Source of the DNA: Candidatus Rokuibacteriota bacterium
GTDB taxonomy: Bacteria > Methylomirabilota > Methylomirabilia > Rokubacteriales > CSP1-6
Reading direction: 5' to 3'
DNA length: 24,835 nucleotides
Assembly (NCBI GenBank): GCA_016184305.1
Contig: JACPCX010000144.1
Span: 1-24,835, forward strand
This document shows positions 1-8,243 of the stretch, piece by piece. The position numbers and the translations under genes are program-made. The notes under the pieces were generated by a model. The model made no database searches and was not told the DNA's origin. It worked only from the letters and a program-made list of their open reading frames with translations. Positions within the stretch are counted from its first letter, which is position 1; every line of letters starts with the position of its first letter.

Positions 1-236
1 TCTCGTCCGGCACGTACTTCGGCGAGATGCAGAACTTCGTGGACATGACCGACATCATGACCGGCTTCTGGAAGGCGCTCTCCTTCGGCGTGATCGTCAC
101 CTGGGTCTGCACCTACAAGGGCTTCCAGTGCGGGCACGGGGCCGAGGGCGTCGCGCGGGCCACCACCCAGGCCGTCGTGCTGTCGTCGGTCTTGATCCTG
201 GTCTGGGACTACTTCCTGGGGTCGGTGCTCCCGTGA
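1..236 (+). CDS. mlaE: MlaE-family ABC transporter permease (3' part; truncated by window start)
   Basis: Open frame from base 3. The C-terminal sequence KALSFGVIVTWVCTYKGFQCGHGAEGVARATTQAVVLSS is the typical MlaE/YrbE C-terminus. The stop overlaps the next start (GTGA). Confidence 0.93.
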   Translation, partial: SSGTYFGEMQNFVDMTDIMTGFWKALSFGVIVTWVCTYKGFQCGHGAEGVARATTQAVVLSSVLILVWDYFLGSVLP

Positions 237-979
237 TCCGCGTCGAGGATCTGCACCGGTCGTTCGGCGGCCAGCAGGTGCTCAGGGGGCTCAGCCTGCA
301 GGTGGCCCCGGGCGAGATCATGGTCGTCATCGGGCGGAGCGGCGGCGGCAAGTCGGTGCTGCTCAAGCACCTCGTCGGGCTGCTCCGGCCGGATTCGGGC
401 CGCGTGGTGGTGAACGGCACGGACATCACGCATCTGCGGGGCCCTGCGCTGGACCGCATCCGCGAGCGCTACGGCGTCGTCTTCCAGGGCGGCGCACTCT
501 TCGACTCCATGTCGGTCTTCGACAACGTCGCCTTCCCGCTCCGCGAGAAGACGCGCCTCCGCTCCCGAGAGATCGCGGGGCGCGTGGAGGAGAAGCTCGA
601 CCAGGTGGGCCTCGCGGGCATGGGACACAAGAACCCGGCGGAGATCTCCGGAGGCATGCGCAAGCGCGTGGCCATCGCACGGGCACTGGTCACCGAGCCC
701 GAGGTGGTGTTCTTCGACGAACCGACGACCGGGCTCGACCCGATCCTGGTCAACACGATCCACCACCTGATCCTCGGGATGCACCGCAAGTTCCGCTTCA
801 CGGCGGTGATGGTGAGCCACGAGATCCCGGAGATCTTCGGCATCGCCGATCGTGTCGCCATGCTCCACGACGGGGTGATCGTGGAGCAAGGGACGCCGGA
901 CGCCATCCAGGGGTCCGCGAACCCGATCGTGCAGCAGTTCGTCCGCGGGGACGTCGAGGGCGCCCTCCGGCCCGAGTGA
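233..979 (+). CDS. mlaF: MlaF-family ABC transporter ATP-binding protein (248 aa)
   Basis: GTG at 233 overlaps the mlaE stop. Walker A GRSGGGKS, Q-loop VFQGGALFDS, signature ISGGMRKRVAIARAL, Walker B FFDEPTTGLDP and H-loop SH are all present. Confidence 0.95.
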   Translation: MIRVEDLHRSFGGQQVLRGLSLQVAPGEIMVVIGRSGGGKSVLLKHLVGLLRPDSGRVVVNGTDITHLRGPALDRIRERYGVVFQGGALFDSMSVFDNVAFPLREKTRLRSREIAGRVEEKLDQVGLAGMGHKNPAEISGGMRKRVAIARALVTEPEVVFFDEPTTGLDPILVNTIHHLILGMHRKFRFTAVMVSHEIPEIFGIADRVAMLHDGVIVEQGTPDAIQGSANPIVQQFVRGDVEGALRPE

Positions 980-1019
980 GGATACCAATGGAGACAACCC
1001 GAATCCTGGGAGGCTCGGC

Positions 1020-1460
1020 ATGAGGCGGTCCACGCTCGAGCTATCCGTAGGGGTGTTCGTGCTGATCGGCATCTTGGCATTGGGGTGGCTGTCCATTAAA
1101 CTCGGCAGGGTCGATCTGTTCGGAGGCCACGGCTACGCGATCACGGCTGACTTCCCCTCCGTCGGCGGGCTGAAGGCCGGCTCCACCGTCGAGATCGCGG
1201 GCGTCGAGGTGGGCCGGGTGGATGCGATCACGCTGTCGGATTACCAGGCCCGGGTGCTGATGAGCATCCGCCAGGGCATCCGGCTCCAGGAAGATTCGAT
1301 CGCCTCGATCAAGACCAAGGGCCTGATCGGTGAGAAGTACATCCGCATCAACCCGGGGGGCTCCGAGAAGATCATCGCGCCCAACGGGCGCATCACCGAG
1401 GTGGAGCCTCCGGTGGACTTCGAGGAGCTCCTGTCCAAGTACATCTTCGGAAAGGTGTGA
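1020..1460 (+). CDS. mlaD: MCE-domain lipid-binding protein MlaD (146 aa)
   Basis: GGAGG upstream; N-terminal TM helix (LSVGVFVLIGILALGWL); MCE motifs GGLKAGSTVEIAGVEVGRV and IKTKGLIGEKYIRINPGG. Confidence 0.95.
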   Translation: MRRSTLELSVGVFVLIGILALGWLSIKLGRVDLFGGHGYAITADFPSVGGLKAGSTVEIAGVEVGRVDAITLSDYQARVLMSIRQGIRLQEDSIASIKTKGLIGEKYIRINPGGSEKIIAPNGRITEVEPPVDFEELLSKYIFGKV

Positions 1461-2938
1461 GCACCGGTGAGAGGAAGACGCGCCGCATGAACCGCCGCCG
1501 TGGCGTAACCCCCGTCCGGGTCGGGCTCTGCGCCCTGAGTCTCGTGCTCGCCAGCGCGGGCGGGGCCGCGGCCCAGACGCCGCAGGGCAGCACGGTCGTG
1601 CTCTCCGTCCGCGACGCCGTGAAGGCCGCTCTCACCCGGAGCCCGGAAGTCAAGGGCGCGGCCCTGGACGTCGAGGCGTTCCTGGCGAAGAAACAGCAGG
1701 CAGACAGGGCCCGCTGGCCTCAGCTCACGGCGCTGGGCGTGGTCGGGCCCTCCGCCGAGGCCGAGCGCCTGGACGGCTCTGGGCTCTCGACTCCGCTGCG
1801 CTCGATCAATGCCCGGGAGGGCACGGTCAACGGCGCCTTCGGCCGGCTGGATCTCCTCCTGGCCCAGCCCATCTACACGTTCGGGCTCATCGACAACCTG
1901 CGGGCCGCGGCCGAGCACGGCATACGGGCCCAGAAGGCCGGTCGGGACAAGACGGCCTCGGAGGTCGGCCTCAGGGTGCGGGAGGCCTACACAGGGCTCC
2001 AGCTCTTCAAGGAGCTGGGCTCGCTCCTGGGCGACCTCCACGAGCAGCTCATCAAGGCCGGCGAGCGCCTCGAGCTCCTGCAGGAGGGGGGCTTCGCCGC
2101 CGACCAGGATCTCTTCAAGCTGCGCGCCTTCCAGGGAGAGCTGGAGAAGAACATCAACGTGGCCGCTCGCGGGCACAGCATTGCCGCCGAGGCGCTCCGC
2201 GTCTGGACGGGACGTCCGCCCGGCGTCATGATCGAACCGAGCGAGAGCCGGCTCGCGGCGGACCTGGAGCCCCTGGCGCCGCTCGAGAGCTTCGTCGAGG
2301 ACGCCCGCGCGAAGCGCCCCGAGTTCACCCAGCTGGCAGAGGGGCTCCGCGCCAGGCAGGCGCTCGTGGAGGCCGCGCGCGCCCGAGCCTGGCCCATGGT
2401 GTTCTTCGGTATCCAGGGCTCGGTGGCCCAGGCGACGAACCGGGACCGGGTGCTCAACAACGCCTACATCTCCGATCCGCTCCAGCACGCCTACATCGGC
2501 CCGGTGCTCGGACTCAAGTATGACCTGGACTTCGGCGTCTCCTCGGGACGTGTCCGCGAGGCCGAGGCGGAGGTGGGCAAGATCGAGGCCCTCCGCGCCC
2601 AGGTCGTCGAGGGCATCGCGCTCCAGGTGGCGAAAGCCCACGGCGAGGTGCGCGAGGCGGCTCGGAACGTGGAGGCGCTCGACCGGGCCCACGGCAACGC
2701 CAAGAAGTGGGCCGTCTCGGCGAGTGCCAACTTCGACCTGGGGATCGGCGACACCAAGGACCTGGCGGACGCGGTACTGGCCTTGGCCAAAACCCGCGCC
2801 GAGTACCTCCAGGCCGTGTTCAACTATCGCGTAGGGCTGGCTCGACTGGACAACGCCGCGGGTCGCGATCTGGAAGAGCTCCGGGCGCTCATGGCGGAAG
2901 CCTATCCATCACTGACGACAGCGGAGGTCTCTCGATGA
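1457..2938 (+). CDS. TolC-family outer membrane efflux/channel protein
   Basis: Signal-peptide-like N-terminus (alternative ATG at 1487). OEP-type features: LSVRDAVKAALTRSPEV, LAQPIYTFG, ARAKRPEF and the C-terminal YLQAVFNYRVGLARLDNAAG. Coupled to mlaD (GTGA) and mlaC (ATGA). Confidence 0.85.
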   Translation: MSTGERKTRRMNRRRGVTPVRVGLCALSLVLASAGGAAAQTPQGSTVVLSVRDAVKAALTRSPEVKGAALDVEAFLAKKQQADRARWPQLTALGVVGPSAEAERLDGSGLSTPLRSINAREGTVNGAFGRLDLLLAQPIYTFGLIDNLRAAAEHGIRAQKAGRDKTASEVGLRVREAYTGLQLFKELGSLLGDLHEQLIKAGERLELLQEGGFAADQDLFKLRAFQGELEKNINVAARGHSIAAEALRVWTGRPPGVMIEPSESRLAADLEPLAPLESFVEDARAKRPEFTQLAEGLRARQALVEAARARAWPMVFFGIQGSVAQATNRDRVLNNAYISDPLQHAYIGPVLGLKYDLDFGVSSGRVREAEAEVGKIEALRAQVVEGIALQVAKAHGEVREAARNVEALDRAHGNAKKWAVSASANFDLGIGDTKDLADAVLALAKTRAEYLQAVFNYRVGLARLDNAAGRDLEELRALMAEAYPSLTTAEVSR

Positions 2939-3585
2939 TGCGTTCTCGGGTGGTGGGCATGGGACTCGCGTGGCTCCTCGTCCTGGCCGCGGCAGGCGGC
3001 GCCTGGGCGGGAGCGCCCACGGATCAGCTCCGGGGCGCCATCGACCGCGTGATCAAGGCGCTGGACAACCCGGCCCTGAAGGGCGACAGCAAGGTCGGCG
3101 AGCGCCGGACCGCCGTCCGGAAGATCGCCAACGACATCTTCGACTTCGGGGAGATCGCCCGGCGCTCGCTCGGGCGGCACTGGCAGGGACGCACGGACAA
3201 GGAGCGGGAGGAGTTCATTTCCCTCTTCGGCGATCTCCTGGAGCGCTCCTACATCTCCAAGATCGAGCTGTACGGCGGCGAGAAGATCCTCTACACGAAC
3301 GAGCGGATGGACGCGGAGGTAGCGGTGGTGAGCACCAAGATCATCACCAAGAACGGCACCGAGGTGCCGATCGACTACCGCCTGCTCCGCCGGGGAGATC
3401 GCTGGCTCGTCTACGACATCAGCATCGAGGGCGTCAGCCTCGTCTCGAACTACCGCACCCAGTTCAACAAGATCATCCAGACCACCTCGTACGGCGAGCT
3501 CGTCAAGAAGATGCGGGCCAAGCAGGACGAAGTCTCCTTCGAGGACGAGGCCCAGAAGAAGGGCAAGACGTCGAAGACGCAGTAG
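2935..3585 (+). CDS. mlaC: MlaC/Ttg2D (HpnM-like) periplasmic lipid shuttle (216 aa)
   Basis: GGAGG at 2923-2927, ATG 2935 and a signal peptide ending AWA. MlaC motifs FDFGEIARRSLGRHW and WLVYDISIEGVSLVSNYRTQF. Confidence 0.92.
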   Translation: MMRSRVVGMGLAWLLVLAAAGGAWAGAPTDQLRGAIDRVIKALDNPALKGDSKVGERRTAVRKIANDIFDFGEIARRSLGRHWQGRTDKEREEFISLFGDLLERSYISKIELYGGEKILYTNERMDAEVAVVSTKIITKNGTEVPIDYRLLRRGDRWLVYDISIEGVSLVSNYRTQFNKIIQTTSYGELVKKMRAKQDEVSFEDEAQKKGKTSKTQ

Positions 3586-3600
3586 CCCGACGGAGTCTCC

Positions 3601-3965
3601 ATGACCACGACCGCGTGCTGCCCGCCCCCCCTGCTCCGCCGAGGCCCCGGGGCCAGGGGGATGGCGACGGCGTGACCGCCAACGGCGACATTCAGCGGGG
3701 CCCCTTCTTTTGTCTCGCCTGAACGTGAAGGCCCTCACGCGGCGGCTTGGCCTCTTCGCCCTCATGGGGCTCATCGGTTTGTCTCGCCTGAACGTGAAGG
3801 CCCTCACGCGGCGGCTTGGCCTCTTCGCCCTCATGGGGCTCATCGGTCGCGCTCGCCACGGTCACGGTCGGGGACCGGCCGGCGCCGCGGATCCCCGACG
3901 CGCCCGGGGAGATCCGGGACCGCTTCCGGCGCGCCCTCGGCCGCCGCGGAACGGAGCGCCCGTGA
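3601..3965 (+). pseudogene. Probable decayed remnant of a TPP-dependent (sulfo/phosphono)pyruvate decarboxylase beta subunit
   Basis: One frame reads VTANGDIQRGPFF (3672-3710), then GLASS..VALA, then PAPRIPDAPGEIRDRFRRAL, ending in TGA 3963-3965, which overlaps the next GTG. These resemble the ANGxIxR, MGLASSIGLGVALA and PxIPxxPxEIxxRF segments of ComE/Ppd-beta proteins. Internal stops are present and the central TPP-binding region is absent. Confidence 0.5.
3710..3847. repeat. Exact tandem duplication, 2 x 69 bp
   Basis: ttgtctcgcctgaacgtgaaggccctcacgcggcggcttggcctcttcgccctcatggggctcatcggt occurs at 3710-3778 and 3779-3847 with no spacer. Confidence 0.97.
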
Positions 3966-4702
3966 AGGCCATCATCCTGGCCGCCGGCGTCGCCCGCCGA
4001 CTGGCCCCGCTCACCGACTACACCCACAAGTGCCTGATCCCGATCGGCGGGCACTCGCTCCTCGACCGGATGGTGTCCTCCCTGGCGGACAACGGCGTCG
4101 CGGAGACCGTCATCGTCGTCGGCCACTGCCAGGACCAGATCCGCGCGGCCGCGGGTGACTGCCGCGGTGCCATGCGCATCCGCTACGTGGACAACCCCGA
4201 GTACCAGAAGGGCTCCATCCTGTCCCTCTGGCGGGCGCGTGACATCCTGACCCAGGGCACGACCATCGTGATGGACGGCGACGTGCTGTTCCCCACGGAG
4301 TTCCTGTCCCGTCTCATCGCCTCGCCGCACGCGAGCGCGCTGCTCCTCGACCAGAGCTTCACGGACACGGGCGAGGAGGTGAAGCTCTACGGCGTTGGCG
4401 ACCGCGTCATCGCCCTCGGCAAGAAGTTCGTGCCTCAGCAGTGGGACGTCATCGGCGAGGGCATCGGGTTCTTCAAGTGCAGCCCCGCGCACGCCCCCGA
4501 GTACATCCGGCTGCTGGCCGAGTCGATCGAGCAGACCGGCGGCGTGAACGAGTACGAGGACGCGCTCCACCACCTCCTGGGCGTCGTGGAGGTCGGCTGG
4601 GTGGACGTCACGGGCCTGCCCTGGACCGAGGTCGACTTCGTCGAGGACCTGCGGCGCGCCGAAAGCCAGGTGCTCCCGAGGATCGAGCGCCTCGGGCACT
4701 GA
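3962..4702 (+). CDS. LicC/IPCT-type phosphoester cytidylyltransferase (NTP transferase, 246 aa)
   Basis: GTG-KAIILAAGVARRLAPLTDYTHKCLIPIGG nucleotidyltransferase signature, MDGDVLF, and a C-terminal WTEVDFVEDL typical of the phosphocholine/inositol-phosphate cytidylyltransferase group. Confidence 0.85.
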   Translation: MKAIILAAGVARRLAPLTDYTHKCLIPIGGHSLLDRMVSSLADNGVAETVIVVGHCQDQIRAAAGDCRGAMRIRYVDNPEYQKGSILSLWRARDILTQGTTIVMDGDVLFPTEFLSRLIASPHASALLLDQSFTDTGEEVKLYGVGDRVIALGKKFVPQQWDVIGEGIGFFKCSPAHAPEYIRLLAESIEQTGGVNEYEDALHHLLGVVEVGWVDVTGLPWTEVDFVEDLRRAESQVLPRIERLGH

Positions 4703-4703
4703 C

Positions 4704-5894
4704 GTGGCGCGGGCCGTCCTCTACCTTCCCGATCCGGCCGAGCGCCGCCTCCCCGCGCGCTCCGTCGCCGGCCGCTCGCTGGCGCTGCGCGCGATCGTGG
4801 CGGCCGCGCGGGGCGGGGTCGAGATCGTGGGCGTCCCGGCCGCGCTGCGCACCCCCTCCCTGGAGACGGCCCTGCGGCGCACCCGCGGCCTGGCGGGCGT
4901 GTTGCGCTGGCTCGACGCGCGCGATCCGGCCGAGGCCCGCGCCTTCGCCAGTGAGCCCTGCTTGCTGCTGCCGGCCTCGGTCCTCGTCGAGCCGCGCACG
5001 CTCGCCGGCCTCCTGGAGGGCCCGATGGAGGTCGGCGGAGCCGCGATCGCGGAGTCGGCGGAGGGCGGAGCCCCGGTCGTGCTGGCGCCGCCCGAGCTCA
5101 TGGAGCGGCTCTGGCCGCGCCTGGCCGCGGGCGAGGCGCTGGGGCCCGAGCTCGTCCGCCTGCTGGAGGAGACGCGGCCCAAGCTCCGCTCGGCAGCGGG
5201 TCTCTGCCTGCACGTGCGGACGGAGGCGCGGCTCCGGGACGCCGACACCGCGCTCTACGTCGCCCTCGGCACCGACGATGACACGGGCGTGGACCGGTTC
5301 CTCCACCGGCGTTGCTCGCGACAGATCACGCGGCTCCTGGTCCGCACCCCGGTCACACCGAACCACGTGAGCCTCGCGAGCCTCGCCATCGGGCTCGGCG
5401 CCTTCTGGGCGTTCTGGCACGCCACGCCGGTGAGCGCGATCCTGGGGGTGGCCCTCTACTCGGTCGCGGTGGTGCTGGACCACGTGGACGGGGAGATCGC
5501 TCGGCTCACGTTCCAGGAATCGCGCTTCGGTGCCAGCCTGGACTGGGCCGTCGACACGATCATCCACTCGACGCTCGTGCTCGGCATGGCCGTGTCGGCA
5601 GCGCCCGGTCCATCGATGATGGCCATCGGCCTCCTCGGCGCGGCCGGAGTGACGCTGAGCGCCCTGTTCGCGCGCTCTCTGCCGCGCGAGATCGCCGTGG
5701 GCGAAAGCGTCGGCGGCGCGCTGAGGAACATGGGCACCCGCGACTTCTTCTACCTGCTGCTCGTGGCCTTCGTTCTCCTGCGGTGGGCGCGGCCCGCGCT
5801 GCTGCCCCTCCTCGCCACCGTTGTCGCCGTGGGCTCCCAGTCGTACTGGATCGCCTGCGTCGCGCGGATCCGGCGAGGGGCGGCGACGCGATAG
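4704..5894 (+). CDS. CDP-alcohol phosphotransferase with N-terminal degenerate NTP-transferase-like domain (396 aa)
   Basis: Complete CDP-AP motif DxxDGxxARx8GxxxDxxxD (LDHVDGEIARLTFQESRFGASLDWAVD), TPNHVS helix start and C-terminal TM helices. Confidence 0.9.
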   Translation: MARAVLYLPDPAERRLPARSVAGRSLALRAIVAAARGGVEIVGVPAALRTPSLETALRRTRGLAGVLRWLDARDPAEARAFASEPCLLLPASVLVEPRTLAGLLEGPMEVGGAAIAESAEGGAPVVLAPPELMERLWPRLAAGEALGPELVRLLEETRPKLRSAAGLCLHVRTEARLRDADTALYVALGTDDDTGVDRFLHRRCSRQITRLLVRTPVTPNHVSLASLAIGLGAFWAFWHATPVSAILGVALYSVAVVLDHVDGEIARLTFQESRFGASLDWAVDTIIHSTLVLGMAVSAAPGPSMMAIGLLGAAGVTLSALFARSLPREIAVGESVGGALRNMGTRDFFYLLLVAFVLLRWARPALLPLLATVVAVGSQSYWIACVARIRRGAATR

Positions 5895-5962
5895 GGCCGT
5901 CCGCCACCCGACCGCATCCGGTGCCCCGTCTTCCCGTCGACCTCGGCCCGGCTCTCGTCCGG

Positions 5963-6940
5963 ATGTTCCGCCCGCTGCTGCTCCTCGCGGGCGTCGCGTT
6001 CATCGCGTACCTCGTGTACGAGGTGGGCCCGGCAGCCGTGTGGGACTCGGTGCGCACGCTCTCCTGGCGCCTCCTCCTGGTGCTCTGCTTCCCCTACACG
6101 CTCACGACGACGCTGGACACGCTCGCGTGGCGCTGCGCCTTCCGCGGCCGCGGGTTGCCCTTCTGGAAGCTGTGGGGGGCGCGGCTCGCGGGGGAAGCCG
6201 TCAATGCGACCACGCCGACGGCCTCCGTCGGCGGCGAGCCCGTGAAGGCCTATCTGATGCGCCCGTGGGCTTCGCTGCAGGACGGGCTCGCCTCGGTGAT
6301 CGTCGACAAGACCGCGATCGTCGTCGGCCAGGGGCTCTTCCTCGTGCTCGGCCTCCTCGTCGCCACCACGCGCATGCCGGTCTCGAACCCCGTGATGACC
6401 GCCATGCTCGTGCTCCTCGCGGTGGAAGCCGCGGCCGTGGGCGGGTTCGTCTTCGTCCAGCTCCAGGGCGCCGCCGGCCGCGGCGGCCGGCTGCTCGGGC
6501 GGTTCGGCATGGGGCCAGGAGAACGCGGTCAGGAACGCCTCGATGGCCTCGACCGGGCCCTGCTCATCTTCTACCGCCATCACCGCCGGCGTCTCCTCGC
6601 CGGCATCCTGCTTCACTTCATGGCCTGGACGGCCGGCAGCCTCGAGATCTACCTGGTGCTGAGCTTTCTCGGGCTGCCGGTCTCGCTCCCGACCGCCGTG
6701 GCGATCGAGGCCTTCGGGACCGCGATCAAGTTCGCGAGCTTCATGATCCCGGCCTCGCTGGGGGCGCTCGAAGGGGGCAATGTCGCCATCTTCGCCGCCT
6801 TCGGGCTGGGCGGCGTCGCCGGTCTCTCGTACACGCTGATCCGCCGGCTGCGCGAGGCGGCGTGGATCGTGGTGGGCCTGGCCGCCATGGCTCTGCTGTC
6901 GGCGCGCCCGGCGCCCGGCGTCGAGGGCTCCGCGATGTAG
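5963..6940 (+). CDS. Lysylphosphatidylglycerol-synthase TM / flippase-like membrane protein (HpnL-like, ~325 aa)
   Basis: Hydrophobic multi-TM protein with [22 protein letters not shown] and [13 protein letters not shown] family motifs. Start ATG 5963 (alternative GTG 5921). Confidence 0.85.
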   Translation: MFRPLLLLAGVAFIAYLVYEVGPAAVWDSVRTLSWRLLLVLCFPYTLTTTLDTLAWRCAFRGRGLPFWKLWGARLAGEAVNATTPTASVGGEPVKAYLMRPWASLQDGLASVIVDKTAIVVGQGLFLVLGLLVATTRMPVSNPVMTAMLVLLAVEAAAVGGFVFVQLQGAAGRGGRLLGRFGMGPGERGQERLDGLDRALLIFYRHHRRRLLAGILLHFMAWTAGSLEIYLVLSFLGLPVSLPTAVAIEAFGTAIKFASFMIPASLGALEGGNVAIFAAFGLGGVAGLSYTLIRRLREAAWIVVGLAAMALLSARPAPGVEGSAM

Positions 6941-6961
6941 CGCCGGGCTCGACCCCGGCGC
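6940..6961 (+). terminator. GC-rich hairpin after the flippase stop (possible terminator or mRNA-stabilising stem)
   Basis: gcgccggg-ctcgac-cccggcgc, an 8-bp stem. There is no U-tract, so terminator function is uncertain. Confidence 0.3.
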
Positions 6962-6970
6962 CTCCCGGTG

Positions 6971-6979
6971 TGCTAGACT
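6971..6979 (+). promoter_or_regulatory. Candidate extended -10 promoter for ino1
   Basis: TGcTAGACT (TGn + TAnnnT) in the intergenic gap about 80 bp upstream of the ino1 start. Confidence 0.45.
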
Positions 6980-7055
6980 CGGGGCGCTCGTCGCGGACCG
7001 CGCGTCCCGCATCCAGGACGGCGTGCCGACGACGGCACAGCCAAAGGAGGCGCCC

Positions 7056-8129
7056 GTGGGCTCTGTTCGCGTCGCGATCATCGGAGTGGGCAACTGCGCC
7101 TCGGCCCTCGTCCAGGGGGTGCAGTACTACAGGACGGCGGATGATGATGGCTTCATCCCGGGCCTCATGCGGCCCCGGCTCGGCCAGTACCGTGTGGGCG
7201 ACATCGAGTTCTCGGCGGCCTTTGACATCGATGCGCGCAAGGTCGGGACCGACCTCTCCGAGGCCATCGCCGCCGCGCCGAACAACACCGTGCGTTTCGC
7301 GGAGGTGCCGCGGCTCGGGGTCCCGGTCCACCGCGGGATGACCCACGACGGTCTGGGCCACTACCTGTCCCAGGTGATCACGAAGGCACCCGGCTCCACG
7401 GCCGACATCGCGGGGATCCTCCGCGACACCCGCACGGACGTGGTGGTCAATTACCTGCCCGTGGGGAGCGAGATGGCGACCAAGTGGTACGTCGAGCAGG
7501 TGCTCGACGCCGGCTGCGGGTTTGTCAACTGCATCCCCGTGTTCATCGCGCGGGAGGCGTACTGGCGCGGCCGCTTCGAGGAGCGCGGCCTGCCCGTCGT
7601 GGGGGACGACGTGAAGTCGCAGGTCGGCGCCACCATCGTGCACCGGGTGCTGGCCAAGCTCTTCATGGACCGGGGCGTTCACCTGGACCGCACCAGCCAG
7701 CTCAACGTCGGCGGGAACACCGACTTCTACAACATGCTGGAGCGCCAGCGCCTGCAGTCCAAGAAGATCTCGAAGACGGACTCCGTCCGCTCCCAGCTCA
7801 CCCACGACCTGCCCGACGACGCCATCCACATCGGGCCCAGCGACTACATCCCGTGGCTCGCCGACCGGAAGTGGGCCCACATCCGGTTGGAGGGGCGCGG
7901 CTTCGGGGACCAGCCGATCAACGTGGAGCTCAAGCTCGAGGTCTGGGACTCGCCGAACTCGGCCGGCGTCGTCATCGACGCGATCCGCTGCTGCAAGATC
8001 GCCATGGACCGCGGCCTCAAGGGCACCCTCCTGGCCCCCTCCGCCTACCTCATGAAGTCCCCGCCCGAGCAGTGGTCGGACGAGCAGGCCCGGACGCGCC
8101 TGGAGCAGTTCATCACCGGCGACGAATAA
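7056..8129 (+). CDS. ino1: myo-inositol-1(3)-phosphate synthase (357 aa)
   Basis: Strong SD AAGGAGG at 7044-7050 before GTG 7056. [45 protein letters not shown] and [12 protein letters not shown] are diagnostic MIPS motifs. Confidence 0.96.
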   Translation: MGSVRVAIIGVGNCASALVQGVQYYRTADDDGFIPGLMRPRLGQYRVGDIEFSAAFDIDARKVGTDLSEAIAAAPNNTVRFAEVPRLGVPVHRGMTHDGLGHYLSQVITKAPGSTADIAGILRDTRTDVVVNYLPVGSEMATKWYVEQVLDAGCGFVNCIPVFIAREAYWRGRFEERGLPVVGDDVKSQVGATIVHRVLAKLFMDRGVHLDRTSQLNVGGNTDFYNMLERQRLQSKKISKTDSVRSQLTHDLPDDAIHIGPSDYIPWLADRKWAHIRLEGRGFGDQPINVELKLEVWDSPNSAGVVIDAIRCCKIAMDRGLKGTLLAPSAYLMKSPPEQWSDEQARTRLEQFITGDE

Positions 8130-8209
8130 CCCCGGCCCCGAGCTCGCCTCGCCCTCCTGGCCCCTGTCTCTCATCCCCGGGACCATATCTCGGCCCCCGC
8201 AGGGCATGG

Positions 8210-8218
8210 TGGTACACT
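8210..8218 (+). promoter_or_regulatory. Candidate extended -10 promoter for the MMPL-led sub-operon
   Basis: TGgTACACT 25 bp upstream of ATG 8244. Confidence 0.45.
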
Positions 8219-8243
8219 GCCAGAGTCTTCGCTGTCCCTGCCC

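Noticed and set aside
3710..3847. Possible CRISPR array
   Set aside because: Only two adjacent identical 69-bp units, with no spacers and no cas genes.
3710..3961. TTG 3710 as the start of the cytidylyltransferase
   Set aside because: No SD; the family normally starts at MKAIILAAG, and GTG 3962 is coupled to an upstream stop.
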